A stretch of DNA of 63,743 nucleotides, filler included, from Cercozoa sp. M6MM (Eukaryota; Protista; Endomyxa: Ascetosporea): assembly GCA_040357565.1 (NCBI GenBank). It is 8 parts of 8 records of this genome, joined end to end, with 100 filler letters (N's around TTAATTAATTAA, not from the genome) between each part and the next. Parts side by side here need not be neighbours in the genome. Positions count along the whole stretch, not along the records: positions 14,445 to 40,970 come from JBDODJ010000147.1; 7 more parts are not named here. One strand, 5' to 3'. Position 1 is the stretch's first letter. Every line of letters starts with the position of its first letter. Positions 26,760 through 38,863 of this stretch are shown here, piece by piece. A model generated the notes under the pieces. It was not told where the DNA came from, did no database searches, and saw only the letters and a list, made by a program, of their open reading frames with translations. The position numbers were made by a program, and so were the translations under genes.

Positions 26760-27920
26760 GAAATGGCCTGCAGCTTCGCCGAGAAAAGCGGGCGAGTTGT
26801 GGTAAACGATTAAATTCAATTAAAGGCGTTTGTGTCAAGATGAAATGCTCTCTTCATGATAGGTCCTGTGGCACGATGTGAGTTCGGTGAGACGAACATT
26901 CGGTCACGCAAATGTCGCCGCTTTCCTCGAAGCCTGCAAATACGATAACAATGGAGGCGAGGCAGAGGCCGAAAAAATCAACAGGGCAACATTGTGCTTG
27001 GCAATGAGTGGCACCCTTTTGCCTGTGCGGTTGCAACACGAGTTCGAAGGCGGTTGGTGGAGAGTGCGCACTCGCGATGACCACTCTCTCACCGTGCTTC
27101 CTTCGGCGAAACCTGCTGAGGTAAACTACTTGACATCTTTTCAAAGATATATACTTCACAGTCTAAGTTTTTTTACACATCCGTTTTTGTATCCTAGAGT
27201 ACGACAGTGATGGAAGAAGCAGTGATGGACTTGGCTTCTTTGTCTGAGCTGCGGAAGGAGTGCTCTGATCTCAGCGCGACTGCGTGTTCGATGCTGCGAC
27301 TGCCGGAAGCGTTCGACTCAGTTCTTCGGTAGGTTGAACGCAGCAGAATACACGAGATGAAGATCATCTATGAATGTGCTTGTAGGAGACTCAAGGATGG
27401 GACGAAAGAAGAGGTCGCGAACGGCATCTGTGCACGTGCGTTGAACTGGCGGACGACAACTGTAAATTCGCATCTCTTGATCGTCCGGAGACCCCAGACT
27501 GTAAAACTGACATCGCAGTGGGTGCCTATCGTTCACCTCAAGACGGATGCAGAGAGACCAAGAACAGCCCTTCCGGAAGAACCAGAAGACCATGAGCAAT
27601 GGCCGGATGATGACCCAAACTATCACTACGCCAACAGGTGGGTTCGAGTACCGCTGCAGCAGGCCGAAATTCTCCCTGCTTCGGACGATGTACGACCCGT
27701 AAGTGAAACTCCTTTCTGTGCACGCATGCCTGTCGATCCATTTTTACCTTTTCACTGTAGACTACAAACTACTGGCGTCCTCTTCCTGTATCGATTGGTT
27801 CTAAACTTACTGTATGAGTGCTCGTTTTTTGGGTATTGCCCTGTGCGATAGGAAAACAAACGAAAGGCGCGATTGCTGTCGTCCAGTACTGGAGTACCTG
27901 TCGGCCAAGATGTTAATGTA
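26760..27920 (+). CDS. Orphan multi-exon protein
   Basis: Exons about 26863-27120, 27198-27268, 27386-27698 bounded by AG/GT. Confidence 0.4.
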
Positions 27921-28476
27921 AAACTAATTCCGGATACAGATTATCATCATTGGATTTACTGATATGTACTGAAAATTTAGTTGAGAGAGACGCTAAGCAC
28001 GATTTTCAGAATACAATTCCAACACGAGTGGGGTCACTTGCAAGAGGAAGCGCGGCGTACCTCCGACAGCTCGGACGATGACTGCTGCGCTTGCACGTGT
28101 TTGCAAAGGTACTGCATTGCCTGTACATTCAGATATACAGCTAATAGGGGGGACTGGGTAGGGGTGAACAGTGACGTCGTTCGTAAAATAAGGCTGTCCA
28201 AAGGTTGTTGTGCTGTAGTTGTTTGCGAACGATGATGCGTTGCTGCACTTGCAAGTGCCTTGACTGTTGTCGCTGACTCGCTGAAATTGAAGCCATACTC
28301 GACTCCGAAATACGTTGGAAGGGTCGGGTGTCCGATTCCCTGTAATTTATAGTTCCCCAAGACATCGTCGTCTCGCTGTACGGTACGTTTTAAGGCGAAG
28401 CTGTAGCGCACTGACGTCGGTAACTCGGTGCGGTATAACGTCAGTAGTACGGTCGGGCACGCGTCATTCATATTCA

Positions 28477-28603
28477 GTTTGTTATTTTTCGTTGAGTAAT
28501 GATATCGACATGCATTTTAAGAGGTTTGTTATTTTTCGTTGAGTAATGATATCGACATGCATTTTAAGAGGTTTGTTATTTTACGTTGAGTAATGATATC
28601 GAC
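28477..28603. repeat. 47-bp tandem repeat, about 2.7 copies
   Basis: GTTTGTTATTTTTCGTTGAGTAATGATATCGACATGCATTTTAAGAG head-to-tail at 28477, 28524, 28571 (partial). Confidence 0.95.
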
Positions 28604-28736
28604 TCATGTTTCTTCATTTCGAGATGTGCCCTCGCCCTCTCGACCACAGTGTATTGTCGGAGTGGCTATCTGAGACTTCCGAGATAGCGCTGTTGGTGTT
28701 CAAATCGAAGCCGAAGTTGAAGTAAACGACTTGCCG

Positions 28737-28797
28737 GACTGGTGCAGCGCAGGGAAATTACTGAGTTGGTTTCCTATCAGACTCAACTAACTAACTA
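28737..28797 (+). mobile_element. 5'-truncated LINE 3' terminus with (TAAC)n tail
   Basis: GACTGGTGCAG..GTTGGTTTCCTA..AGACTCAACTAACTAACT matches the reverse complement of 61791-61852. Confidence 0.75.
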
Positions 28798-28808
28798 CCG
28801 TACCGCCA

Positions 28809-30381
28809 CTAGCTTGAAGCGGCCGAACCCGAAGCCGAGGCACGCACGGCATCAAGAATGGCAGTGGCGCCCTGTTGGCGCAGCTGCTCGGCAACGAGTT
28901 CGCCCAGGGCGCCCGAGTCGTCCAGAGTGTGGCATTCGCGAGAGCCATGGAACTCGGCCACTGCAGTACCGTCCGGCGACACAACAACACCGTGCAACGA
29001 CAGCTCGTCCGTGTCGCTGCCATCTTTACTCGTCCAAGCGGACGCACAGGCCACAGGCACCTTGCAGCCGCCTTCGAGCGACTTGAGCATCATGCGCTCG
29101 CTGTGCACACGCAGCACTGCGCCAAAGCAGGAGAGTAAACTTGCAGTTTGACAAAAAACTTACTGAAAAAATGATTGCAAAATCTGTTTAAAAAACTGAT
29201 GGAAGAAACATACGAGTTCGAGCGCACGTGATGCGCTTGCACGCTTCGAGTACTTCGGCATTGTCCTCGTGCGCCACGACAGCGACGACGCCCTGCGCGG
29301 CTGCGTGCCTGCTCAGCACAACACACGGGCGTTGCCAATCATCAAAGGAAACATGAGACAACGCACGGGAACGAAGAGAGCGGAAGCAGGTAGTTCAAGC
29401 GGTTCTGCCAGCCAAGTCGCTCCAGACCAGCCTCGGCCAGCACAATGGCGTCAAACTGCACTCCCAAAATATAGTCCAAGCGTCAAAACAACTGTATTCT
29501 TGAACGTAAACATTTCAAAACCCATACCTGAGCTTCGTCGAGTTTTCTTGTGCGCGTGTTCAGGTTACCGCGGCATTCTCGAATGTCAAACCTGCAAAAA
29601 CAAAGTCTGTCAACCCCAGCGGTACAGCAGCAAAGCCCGATAGATACAGTACGTGTTCGGGTAGGCGCGTTGCAAGAGTGCTCTTCTGCGCACACTCGAA
29701 GTACCAATCACTGGCTTGTTGTCGTTGCTGCCGTCCTTGTTGACGAGAGAGACAGCATTGGACAAGTCTTCGAGTGTTCGCACGCCGTTCTTGCTGAGTT
29801 ATCCACCCATCAACAGGAAAAAAAAACTGACAACTTAAACAAGGTACAGATGAGTCGGATGGATCACAAGACAGTCGCGAACCGCACCACGCGGAATAAC
29901 AGCCGCCAAAGTCAGCTTCTCAGGCAATGTGGTCGGCAGGTCTTTCATCTAACACAGTCCATCAGTTCAGTTGAGCATGTACTTGATGATGAGAATGTTG
30001 AACAAAATGATACGGAATGCACGGCAATTTGACACGTGTTGTCTAGCAGCGCAACATCAAGTTCTTTGGTGAACACGCCCTTGTCGCTGAAGGCCGACAA
30101 AGGTACGTTCTGCACGCGATCACCCAGAGTGCTGACGCCCAAGATTTCGCAGCTCTGCGCAAACAATTTGCTTACGCCATCGCGAGTTTTAGCACAAGGC
30201 GTCCATGCCATAACAGCGCGCATGATACACGGACACTCAGTGGCACGGAGGAGTATCGTAAAGCGGAACGGACCACGTTGGACGCTTGCAAAGCATCGCG
30301 AACGGCGTATGCCTGCCAAAGCGCGAGATCGCTCTTGCGAGTGCCAATGACGATCTTGCTGATGCTAGCGCCTGAACTCAT
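28809..30381 (-). CDS. HMBS: Porphobilinogen deaminase (hydroxymethylbilane synthase)
   Basis: IVIGTRKSDLALWQA, KGVFTKELD, IAVHS|VKDLP, GTSSVRRRA, RGNLNTR, DAIVLAEAGLERLG, LEGGCKVPVA (cofactor Cys). Confidence 0.97.
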
Positions 30382-30617
30382 GACTGTACCAAACCACCTG
30401 TGCGCAGCGGTGCCGAGCTTGTGACGCAAACTTTGGCAACGACATTTTTGTTAAAGGTGCGCATCAAAATCGCCCGAAGGGCGCGGCGACGCCTGTGGCG
30501 GTCGGTGCTTGCCTTAGAGTGTCTGGCCTGAGTCACACGCGATTTCCTTGGTATGCAGCCCTCCACTTATATCATGTTCCCAACAAAAATGCAACTGATT
30601 TTGCGATGCGGACAGAG

Positions 30618-31102
30618 ATGCCGTCGGAGGACAAGCTGATGTCGCGATGGCAGGAATGCGCGCAGGAGATCGGTCAGAACATGGCCGTGGGTGCTGTCGT
30701 CTGCGGTGTCGCTAGTCTCGTGCTCTTCTGTAGCTTCCCAGTTTAACCATGTCATCTTTGAGCACTCTTTGCACTGCTTGTTTGCACGTACTTGCAGCGC
30801 GTCGCACGGTGCGCATCGCCTTCACGACCTTTGGTGCTGGCGTCGGCACGGGTGTGGCCATCTCGGGTGGCAACCGCTGCGTCAAGGCGCCTGCCCGCGT
30901 GCAGGGCGGCAACTCTCCTTTTTCCAAGTTCGCTGGTAGCTTTTGTTGCTGTGCTTTTTATGTTGAGTTGAGTTCAATCGATCCTTTTGTTGCAGCTGCC
31001 TCAGGCTCCGGTTGCCCGTTGCGCAAGGGTCAGAACAAGCCGGCCATCAGCGATGAGGACCATGAGCTGCCCACGAGCGAGGTTTACGAGCAGCCTGAGT
31101 AA
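30618..31102 (+). CDS. MIC10: MICOS subunit Mic10
   Basis: SEDKLMSRWQEC..GAVVCGVASLVLF|..RR..FGAGVGTGVA: two TMs, basic loop, GxGxGxG-like motif; C-terminal extension. Confidence 0.82.
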
Positions 31103-31320
31103 ATTAAACCCTCCAGTCCGTCCAATAGCAGATTAACCGGATTGCATGCAATGCATGTTGAGAAATTACGAATATATAAATCAAATCAACACGTCAACGT
31201 CAAAAACGAAACAAGTGAGCGAGTTCAATGTATGCACACATCGGTCAATGAACATACATACATTGTTCTCAGCGTGCGGTGTGTGTCGTGTGTACATGCT
31301 TTTGTGACTGTGTCTTCAAG

Positions 31321-31458
31321 CTATTTCAGTTTCTTTTGTTCTGTTGTTTCTCCACGTGCCATGCCTACAGAGGACGCGAGCTGCCAAACGTCGACTTGAG
31401 GCCCTCGTACACCGACACTGGGACACAACAGACATAAAAGATACAGAGATAGATAGAC

Positions 31459-31489
<31 letters not shown>

Positions 31490-33106
31490 AACAGATAATG
31501 TGAGTGCATGCAAAGGGTACTCGTAATGCCAAACAGCGGCGCAATGATCATGCAGCGCGGCAGCACGCCCTTCCACAGTGCCGCCGCGCCTTCTTTCGCA
31601 ACAGTGTCGCGTGTCGTGCTCGCAATCAGACGTACTTCCTGTTGACAGAGGTAGAAAAGTAAAGCTATTAAAAGAGGCAGTCAAAATGAGTACCTGCGGC
31701 CAGAACGAGCGTCCAGTCACCTTGGGGTTTTGCGAGTCACTAGTCGCCTGTGCATTTGAGGTGTCAAGATTGGGCTGGGAAGTTTGTGAAAAGCTAGAGG
31801 GGTAGGAAGCCCTACCTGCGCATGGATACGCGTCTTGATGACATCAAGCGGCGTCGTGAGACCGGCGGCCAGTGTGCCAGCGAACGAGCCGGCCAGAAAG
31901 CCGGCGACATTGCCGTCCAGCGGCGTCGTCTTCATGAGCTCGGTGCGACCAATCGAGTAGAGCGAAAAGTACACAGCACTGAACGGCACGTCTCTGCACA
32001 ACACGTGATACACCGCAAATCCAAATGGGACAAAACAACAGGGACAGAGCCGAGGCACCTCTGCCAGGTCGACAGCACGCCCGTGTACATGCCGCGTGCG
32101 CCAAAACTGCGCGCCAGTTCGCCGTACGTCGGCTTCTTCTTCAGCAGACCCTTCTTGAGCTTGTCGCCCATCGTGACACCTACTCGAAGGAGACACATGC
32201 ACACGCACATACATAAAAGCAATATTGACATTGAGATACCCTGGATCTTGAGCAGCTCCATTGGGTTCGTCGCCGCCACCTGGAAGAAACCCGCGAGCGC
32301 ACCGGCCGCCATCTCGGCACCTTTACACATCTCAGTTAGCCCAGAGTGCATGTACTAGGGTGTGTGTGTGTGTGTGTGTGTGTTGAGAGAGTTTTCACTA
32401 CTCACAATGCTCGGACTGAGAGTACAACCAGGCACACCCCAAGCACTCCATATATATATATATATATATATATATAAACGAGCAAGCTACCCAGCGAAAG
32501 CGAGTCGTCGTCATCGCGGCAGAAACGGTACTTGGCGAACTGATGTCGGAACAGGTCGTTAAGTGTGATCTTGAGTGCCTGCTCACAAGATCAGCACAGA
32601 GAAGCGTCCACCGACATTCTTTCTTTCTCTTTCTTTCTCTGACTGCGCACCTTCTCCGGCATCACAAGCAGCACATTTGGCGGCCAGCCCTACAAGTTTA
32701 TTCCACAGATGTGCACACTTCGTTTTAACAGAGCAACCAGTAGGCAGACACAAATGCAGACACAAGTGCGTACCTTGTAAAGGCCAGGAACGCCGTGGTT
32801 CCGCATGACGCTCGTGAAGCAGTGCAGCGGGTTGCGGTACCTCGCCTGCTGACCGGCTGTTTGAAAGGCAAAAAACACATGAAATAAGAACGGAAAAAAA
32901 GAAACAGCGAGAGGTACCACTCGTCTTTTGGTCCTGCATCTTGGTCTTGACCAGATCGATCGGGAAGATGCATGTCGTGGCCACAGCCTACACCAGATCC
33001 CAACAATACCAACACTGCACGAGCGGAACTGCGAGCAACGGGAACTAGAGTGCGAGAGTACGCCAGCCACGCCAGAAAACGCGACCTTCTCACCAAGTTC
33101 CTGCAT
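31321..33106 (-). CDS. Mitochondrial carrier (SLC25), glutamate-carrier-like
   Basis: Three signatures PIDLVKTK, PMELLKIQ, PLDVIKTR; also PEKALK, RDVPFSAVYF, PRCMIIAPLFGIT as in SLC25A22/18 and AGC carriers. Confidence 0.93.
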
Positions 33107-33418
33107 GTTCTACGCCTGCACCAACACAACGCGCACTCAAACTTTTACAAAATGTGTTGCACTCAAAATGAGTCGATCTGATGCAGCAAAAAACACGCAA
33201 TGTTCTTGACAGAACGCACCCGGCCACAGTCCGCCCTACTAACAAGCACACACGTGTGTTGTTGTGCGCGTCGTAATGCACGAATGCCGTCGATACTGTA
33301 GCCCATGGCTTAGTCCATTTTTATTGCTGTCCGGTTTTGAGAGCCGACACGAACAGTGCGACGAGAGTTGACAAAGTACGTTTAGTATAAGTGCACGTGG
33401 CTGCATCGAACAGTGCCA

Positions 33419-35485
33419 TGACGTCCGTAGAGGAGGTAGCTGCGAATTCCAGAAGGAGATTTTCTTGTTTTTTGGATGATGCAAGCGTGTTGTTGCTTGC
33501 GAATTTAGCAACGCCGCCTGGTGGCCGAATACCTCGATACTGAGCTGTACGCAGCAGTGGACGAGTCAGGACCAGGTAGTTTTAAAAGGCTAGATGCGTG
33601 TAGTTGCAGGAGTCGCAAGCTGTTGATGCAGGATCGCTGTTGACGTTCAATGTGAATCATGGCTTTTTGGACGGCCTGATGCGCGGTTTCAAGAGCGCCT
33701 TTCTGAAGGCGCAGGACTACCGACAATTGGCGCAGTGTGAGGTCAGTCAAACTGTGCTTGTTTTCTGACCGTTTGTATTGTTGCTTCTCGTGCAGACTCT
33801 CGAGGATGCTCGTCTGTTTTTGGGCGACACTGACTACGCCGATGCCATGCGCAAACTCGACCAGTCCGAAGAGGAAGATGGGTGCTTTTGCAACCTTAAT
33901 AAGATGAGGTTAGAGGGGAGGTAGAGAGCGGTACATTTATAAATGTCTGTTAGCCACCATGTGCTGACGCCGGATGCGATCGTCAATGCCGTTCGCGGCA
34001 AGTTCCACGAGGAGTTCGAACTCTTGCGAACGCAGGTATCATCTCACTGGGGGGGGGGGTGGTCACCCATGCTCACTGACTGGAGTGGCCACTCAGGGCT
34101 ATCATCCATGACTCTGACTGTGACTTGGCACGTGTGCAGTCACGTGGCGCTCTGCGCACCTTCCTCAACATGATCCAGGCCGAGTACATGATCGCTAACG
34201 TGTGTTTCCTCGTTATGAGTGTCGTCCGAGGCACCGATCCGGAGGTAGGTTGCTTCTTTACGCCCTCCCTTTACCCCTACCTCTTTACCCCTCTTACCGC
34301 TTCCCTTACTCCAGAAAGCACTGGCCGCCTTGAACCCGATCGGTTACTTTCCGGCGCTGCGTCGCATTCTCGCTTTTGACTCGCGCGAGGACACGGTGCT
34401 TCCAGCCCTTTCCTTCCCCTTTACCCTCTTCACCCCCTTTACCCCCCTTCGCAGTTAAACGAACTGTACGCAACGGTGCTGATCGATACCCCTGTTGCCA
34501 AGTACTTTGGTACCTTGCCCCTACCCTTACCCCTTTATCTTTACCCCCCCCCCCCAGAGGCGTACTTCCGCTCGCAAAGCGACTCGGCGAGCGACTCGGT
34601 GGTCAACATGCGCGCCGCCTTCAATGAGGAGGACATCAGTTACATCACGCAGATGCTGCAGAAACTGTGGCTTGAGGACTTCTACCGCCACTGCAGCGAA
34701 ACACTGAGCGGCGAATCGCGTGAGGTCATGGTACTGAGCAACTTTTACCCTCCTACACTCTTACCCCTTCACCCCCCCCCCCCTCCCACAGCGAATGCTG
34801 CTGGAGTTTGAAGCCGACAAGCGTGCACTCAACATTATGGTACCTGTTCTACCACCCGACACATCCTCCCTTTAACCCCCCCCCCCCACCCAGGTTAACA
34901 GTTTCGACACGCCTCTCAACTCGGATTTTAAGAGGTGAGACCCGCCCCTTCCCCTTTTTAAGCCCCTACACTCTTATCCCATTCTGCCTATCGTAGAGAC
35001 TCGGACCGCAAGGCTTTGTTCTGCAACTTTGGTCGTCTGTACCCGGAGGCTATCCAGCAGTTCTCTGCTGTGTCGGTACCTTTACGCACCCCTCCCCTTT
35101 ACCCTTTACCCCCTGGGGGGGGGGGGCGGCCCCCCGTGAGCAGGACCGTCAGCAGCTGGCGAATGTGCTGCGACAGTACCCGCTGCACTATGCGCTGTGG
35201 CAGCGTGCCGAGGCCGAAGATAAGGACATTGAGGACGCTCTGTTCGAACAGGAGGTCGCTTTCAACCGACACGGCTTTGACGGACAGTCGCACCTCGCGT
35301 CCTTCTGGAGTTTTGTGCGACTGCGCGAGCAGGAGAAACGCAACATCTTCTGGATCGTCGAGTGCATTCAGTTGGCCTCTTTCCTACCCTCCACTCCCCT
35401 CTCTAGCACTGCTTTATGTGTCTGTGTGTGCAGTCAAAACATGCGCGATGCCAACACCATCAACCGTTGGATCCAGATCTTCTGA
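33419..35485 (+). CDS. VMA6: V-type ATPase V0 subunit d
   Basis: [25 protein letters not shown]|[53 protein letters not shown]; at least 11 GT-AG introns; start uncertain. Confidence 0.97.
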
Positions 35486-35732
35486 AATGTCTCTCTTTTG
35501 CGGCAATCGAACTGAAACTGCCAGTACACAAGACAACTGAACTCGACTGAAGTTTAATTTGATTTGCCTGCCTCCCAGTCTACGCCATGCAATTCTGGGC
35601 CATTTGTTTACGCTACCGCCGTTGTTAACTTTAAGCGTTGGGTTCTGGCGCCGGGGCACGGGCACTGAAGCCCACTTTTTATCCGAGCTCCGTCTATGTA
35701 ACCGTGCGCATGCTCACGTAAATATCTCATCG

Positions 35733-35888
35733 TGCCAACCTTGAAGAAGATGTCCCGGAGAACCGGAACTTCATAGGGGTAGTTGATGTCCCCACCCTAA
35801 GCGGACGGTGGATTACGGTCATGCGCTTGTGACCCACACCAAGACTGGTACAGGGAAGCTGTTGGTTTTTTAGGAGACTGAACTAGCT
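35733..35888 (+). mobile_element. Diverged copy of LINE 3' UTR (truncated LINE or SINE-like)
   Basis: Collinear with reverse complement of 61791-61960: CCAACC.TGAAG, ACCCTAAGCGG.CGGT, CATGC.CTTGTGACCCAC, AGACTGGT.CAGGG, GTTGGTTT, AGACT.AACTA. Confidence 0.8.
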
Positions 35889-36134
35889 ATCATTTGCAAC
35901 GATGATGGAATGCCTGTTGTCGGAGGGCTTTTCTTTTGAACTAACTAACTCCTGTAACGGACTAAGTTACTTGTCGGCGGAGTCGAGTAATAAAGTAACG
36001 TAAATTTTCTAAATCCTATCCAGTCGGCGTACGGTGCGGTACAGTACGCGCTCGGTTACCGTACTGTACTGTGCTTGCAGCGGTCGATAAGACTTCATGC
36101 TTAGCGTGCCTATGCCGTATAAAGGAGATTCAAG

Positions 36135-37230
36135 TTAGATGACGGCAGTGCACTTGCGTTCGCCCCCGATGAAGATGCACAGAGTGCCAAACTCGCATTC
36201 ACTGCTGCACGTGCATGGCTGGCCCTCGCGCGACGAGCCGGGCATCGATGGACACAGAGCGAGTAGTTCGGTTATCGTTTGCCTCGCTCCACCGCCGGGT
36301 GGAACTTCCTCGGACAAGCATGTAGTTTGCTCGCAAGTTCCGTTAGCGCAGCCTCCCAGTCTGCAGTAAATGTATCAGTACTACAGATAAACATGTCGAT
36401 ACGTGTACAATACTGAAAGCAAAGTATTCATACGTCTGATTGCATAATGCGCCGTTGGGCAGGAGGCAGTGTCCGCCGTCCCCTTGGTCAAAGCAGATGA
36501 GACCTTCGGTGCAATCTGCATCACATTGGCACGTGTCGCCAAGGGCTCGTTTCTGCTGGGGTAGGCAGAAGTTATCTTCGAGAATAATCTGCTCGAGGGG
36601 GCGCCCAGTGCCCGGGATGCCCTGTGTGCAAGTCCGAGAGCAACTTTGGTTGGCATCGCACTCGTTGTCGCAAAGACACTTTTCGCCAAGGCGTTTCGTG
36701 TCGTCAGCAGGGCACTCTTGCGAGAGCTGAACCATCAGTCCCTCACGTTCGCACTGTCCACATTCAAATGTGAGATACAACCGTTATGTCATACTAATTA
36801 CGCAGTGACTGAAGCGTTACTGTAGGACACTGGGGAGGCAACGTGACGGTGATGGGGATGCCTTCCGTCGTTGAGGTTTCAGTCGTCGTTGGGGGTTCAA
36901 CGGTCGTCGTTGTGGTTTCAGTTGCCGTCGTTGTAGTCGTGGCAGTCGTTGCAGGGAAAAACTTGACCTTGTGAAGCAGCTTGCTCGTACCGGAGCGCAG
37001 TGAGGCCGCTTCCGTCGCCATACCTCGAAGTTGATCATCGATTGTCTTTTGGTAGTACTCGAGAGTCTCTCTCATGGCATCCGTTTCACGCTGCAGTTCT
37101 TTGATGTAGCCATCTGCACTGCCATGAAGTTGAGTGGCAGACACAGATTTGCCGTAGTAGTTTTCGTAGGATGCTGTAGCACACGCAGCAAAACTGACCG
37201 TCGTAGCTGACAGAAGAAGTTTCATCATGA
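36135..37230 (-). CDS. Secreted protein: signal peptide, coiled coil, Thr-rich mucin-like stalk, Cys-rich repeats
   Basis: MMKLLLSATTVSFAACATA; TTATTTTTATETTT; LGEKCLCDNECDANQSC, LGDTCQCDADCTEGLIC, EGQPCTCSSECEFGTLC. Confidence 0.8.
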
Positions 37231-37813
37231 TGCTCACGATGCTGCAACTCGGCTTGCTACAGTGTACTTCTGACAGTGCACTACGCGTCGGAGTGGTGTC
37301 CCAACAATGCCTGTACTGCACTCTGAGGCTTTTCAGCAACGAACTAAATCGGCGTTTCTTGGTGCGGGAGTTTTATCCCTCCCGGGGTTTCACCCAAGGC
37401 GCAGTAAATTGACAGTAACTTAGGTCTGATACTGAGTCACGCGCATCGATTCGAGCGCAACTTCCTACAAATCCGTGTTTACAGTCTTTGAGGCATAGAT
37501 GGGATGATTAGAGTCTTTTATAAACGCTTGTTCAGAGAGCATTCTCTTGCATTCCTTCAATTTGTCAACAACACTCCGCAGTCCGCAAGGTACAGAACAA
37601 CAAACTGAACGCAGAGATCAAACACGTTCTAGAAAATGCCAAACGCATCAGAGATCAACACGACTTCTTAGGCCACCACTGGCGGGATAACTCTATACCA
37701 ATGTGGGGAGTGGGATAGCGGCACCACCTCACTGCACTATGCAGCGACTCCTCATAGTACAACTGACATTGTTTCGACGGAACAGTGGGACGCCCCCTCC
37801 CCACTGTCCTGCG

Positions 37814-38480
37814 CTAACACCCACTAAGCCTGCCTGGCTCACCCCTACCTAAAGATTGACTTCGACAGCAGGCTCCGACTTGCTGCGCCGAGTTGACGAC
37901 AGACTGCGCGCGTGACCATCTGACGCCGTAATTCTCCGACGTAAATTTTATTTGTACGCCTGACGAAGGCATGTGTGCGAGCGATGCCGCTTGAGCGTCA
38001 GTCAGCGACACGTCGTGTACGTTCAGATGTTGTTTATACAGATGTTCGCCGGAAAGTTCAGGCAGTTTGAGGCCGTCACGCAGCACAGGCCACAGTTTTA
38101 GGTTTCATGGCGATGCTTGTGTACAGTACAATTGTAGCGCTGGCCACGTTTGCTGCCTACGAAAGCCGTCGTACCTGATAGGCTGTCAGATCATTCCTGC
38201 AAAGTGCGCTTGACATCAGTGCAGACCAATTAATGCCCGAGTGCTCACAATAAACAGTGTCAATTGTTTCAGCCGGTCGATAGGACGGTTGACTCAAACG
38301 CTTGGCTAGATGATCGTATTGCAGCACGCGCGAACGTTGTGTTACGCCACCCGGATCGTCACCCGTTTCTGGCGATCGTTTAGCGATCAGAGCCAACGAT
38401 ACGTGGCACATCAGCCGCCCTGATTGTATTTTTTGTGATGCTTGTTTCACTTCTTCAAGACCTCTTAGATCTTCAATCAT
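37814..38480 (-). CDS. Orphan gene fragment
   Basis: Two protein-like ORFs (38480-38157, 38086-37814) joinable by a GT-AG intron. Confidence 0.3.
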
Positions 38481-38863
38481 ACAGTGCGTGCTGCATACGT
38501 TGCACCTGTTACTTTGCGCAACATGTGTCGCAGTCCATGTAAGTTCGTGTTTTGGCAGATCTCAATCTCATCTTACCGTATCTGATCTCAACTCGCCCCT
38601 TATGGCAAATTGAGTTTTGTTTCTTGCCTTTTTGTCTGCTTTGACGCCGTTTCCTTGACCAAAGCGAGCGTGGACTTTTGTCTCGTTTTGCGCCCGCAAC
38701 TGTCATTGCTGCTTTTTGGGTGCAGTCTTCCCGGGAGCCGAGTACAACAATGACAAGGAGGCATGCGAGGTGCTCCGCAACTATTGCTACAACATCTCGA
38801 ATTTGAGCGAAGTCTTCACTGTGGTGGGGGTTCTTCCCCATAGAGTGGCTTTTTTGCATTCCA

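Noticed and set aside
28477-28603. CRISPR-like array
   Set aside because: Units are contiguous with no unique spacers and no cas genes; eukaryotic context.
33419-35485. Alternative genetic code or non-canonical introns
   Set aside because: Conserved genes checked by eye splice with GT-AG and need no stop reassignment; the in-frame TAA at 62380 is in a decayed retroelement.
37351-37402. Branched hairpin as hammerhead ribozyme or ncRNA
   Set aside because: No CUGANGA core in the right position and no family match recognised.
37560-37860. Another LINE fragment or HDV-like ribozyme (TAGGCCACCACT shared with the LINE stop region)
   Set aside because: Only a 12-nt match; no convincing ORF motif or nested pseudoknot could be built by eye.
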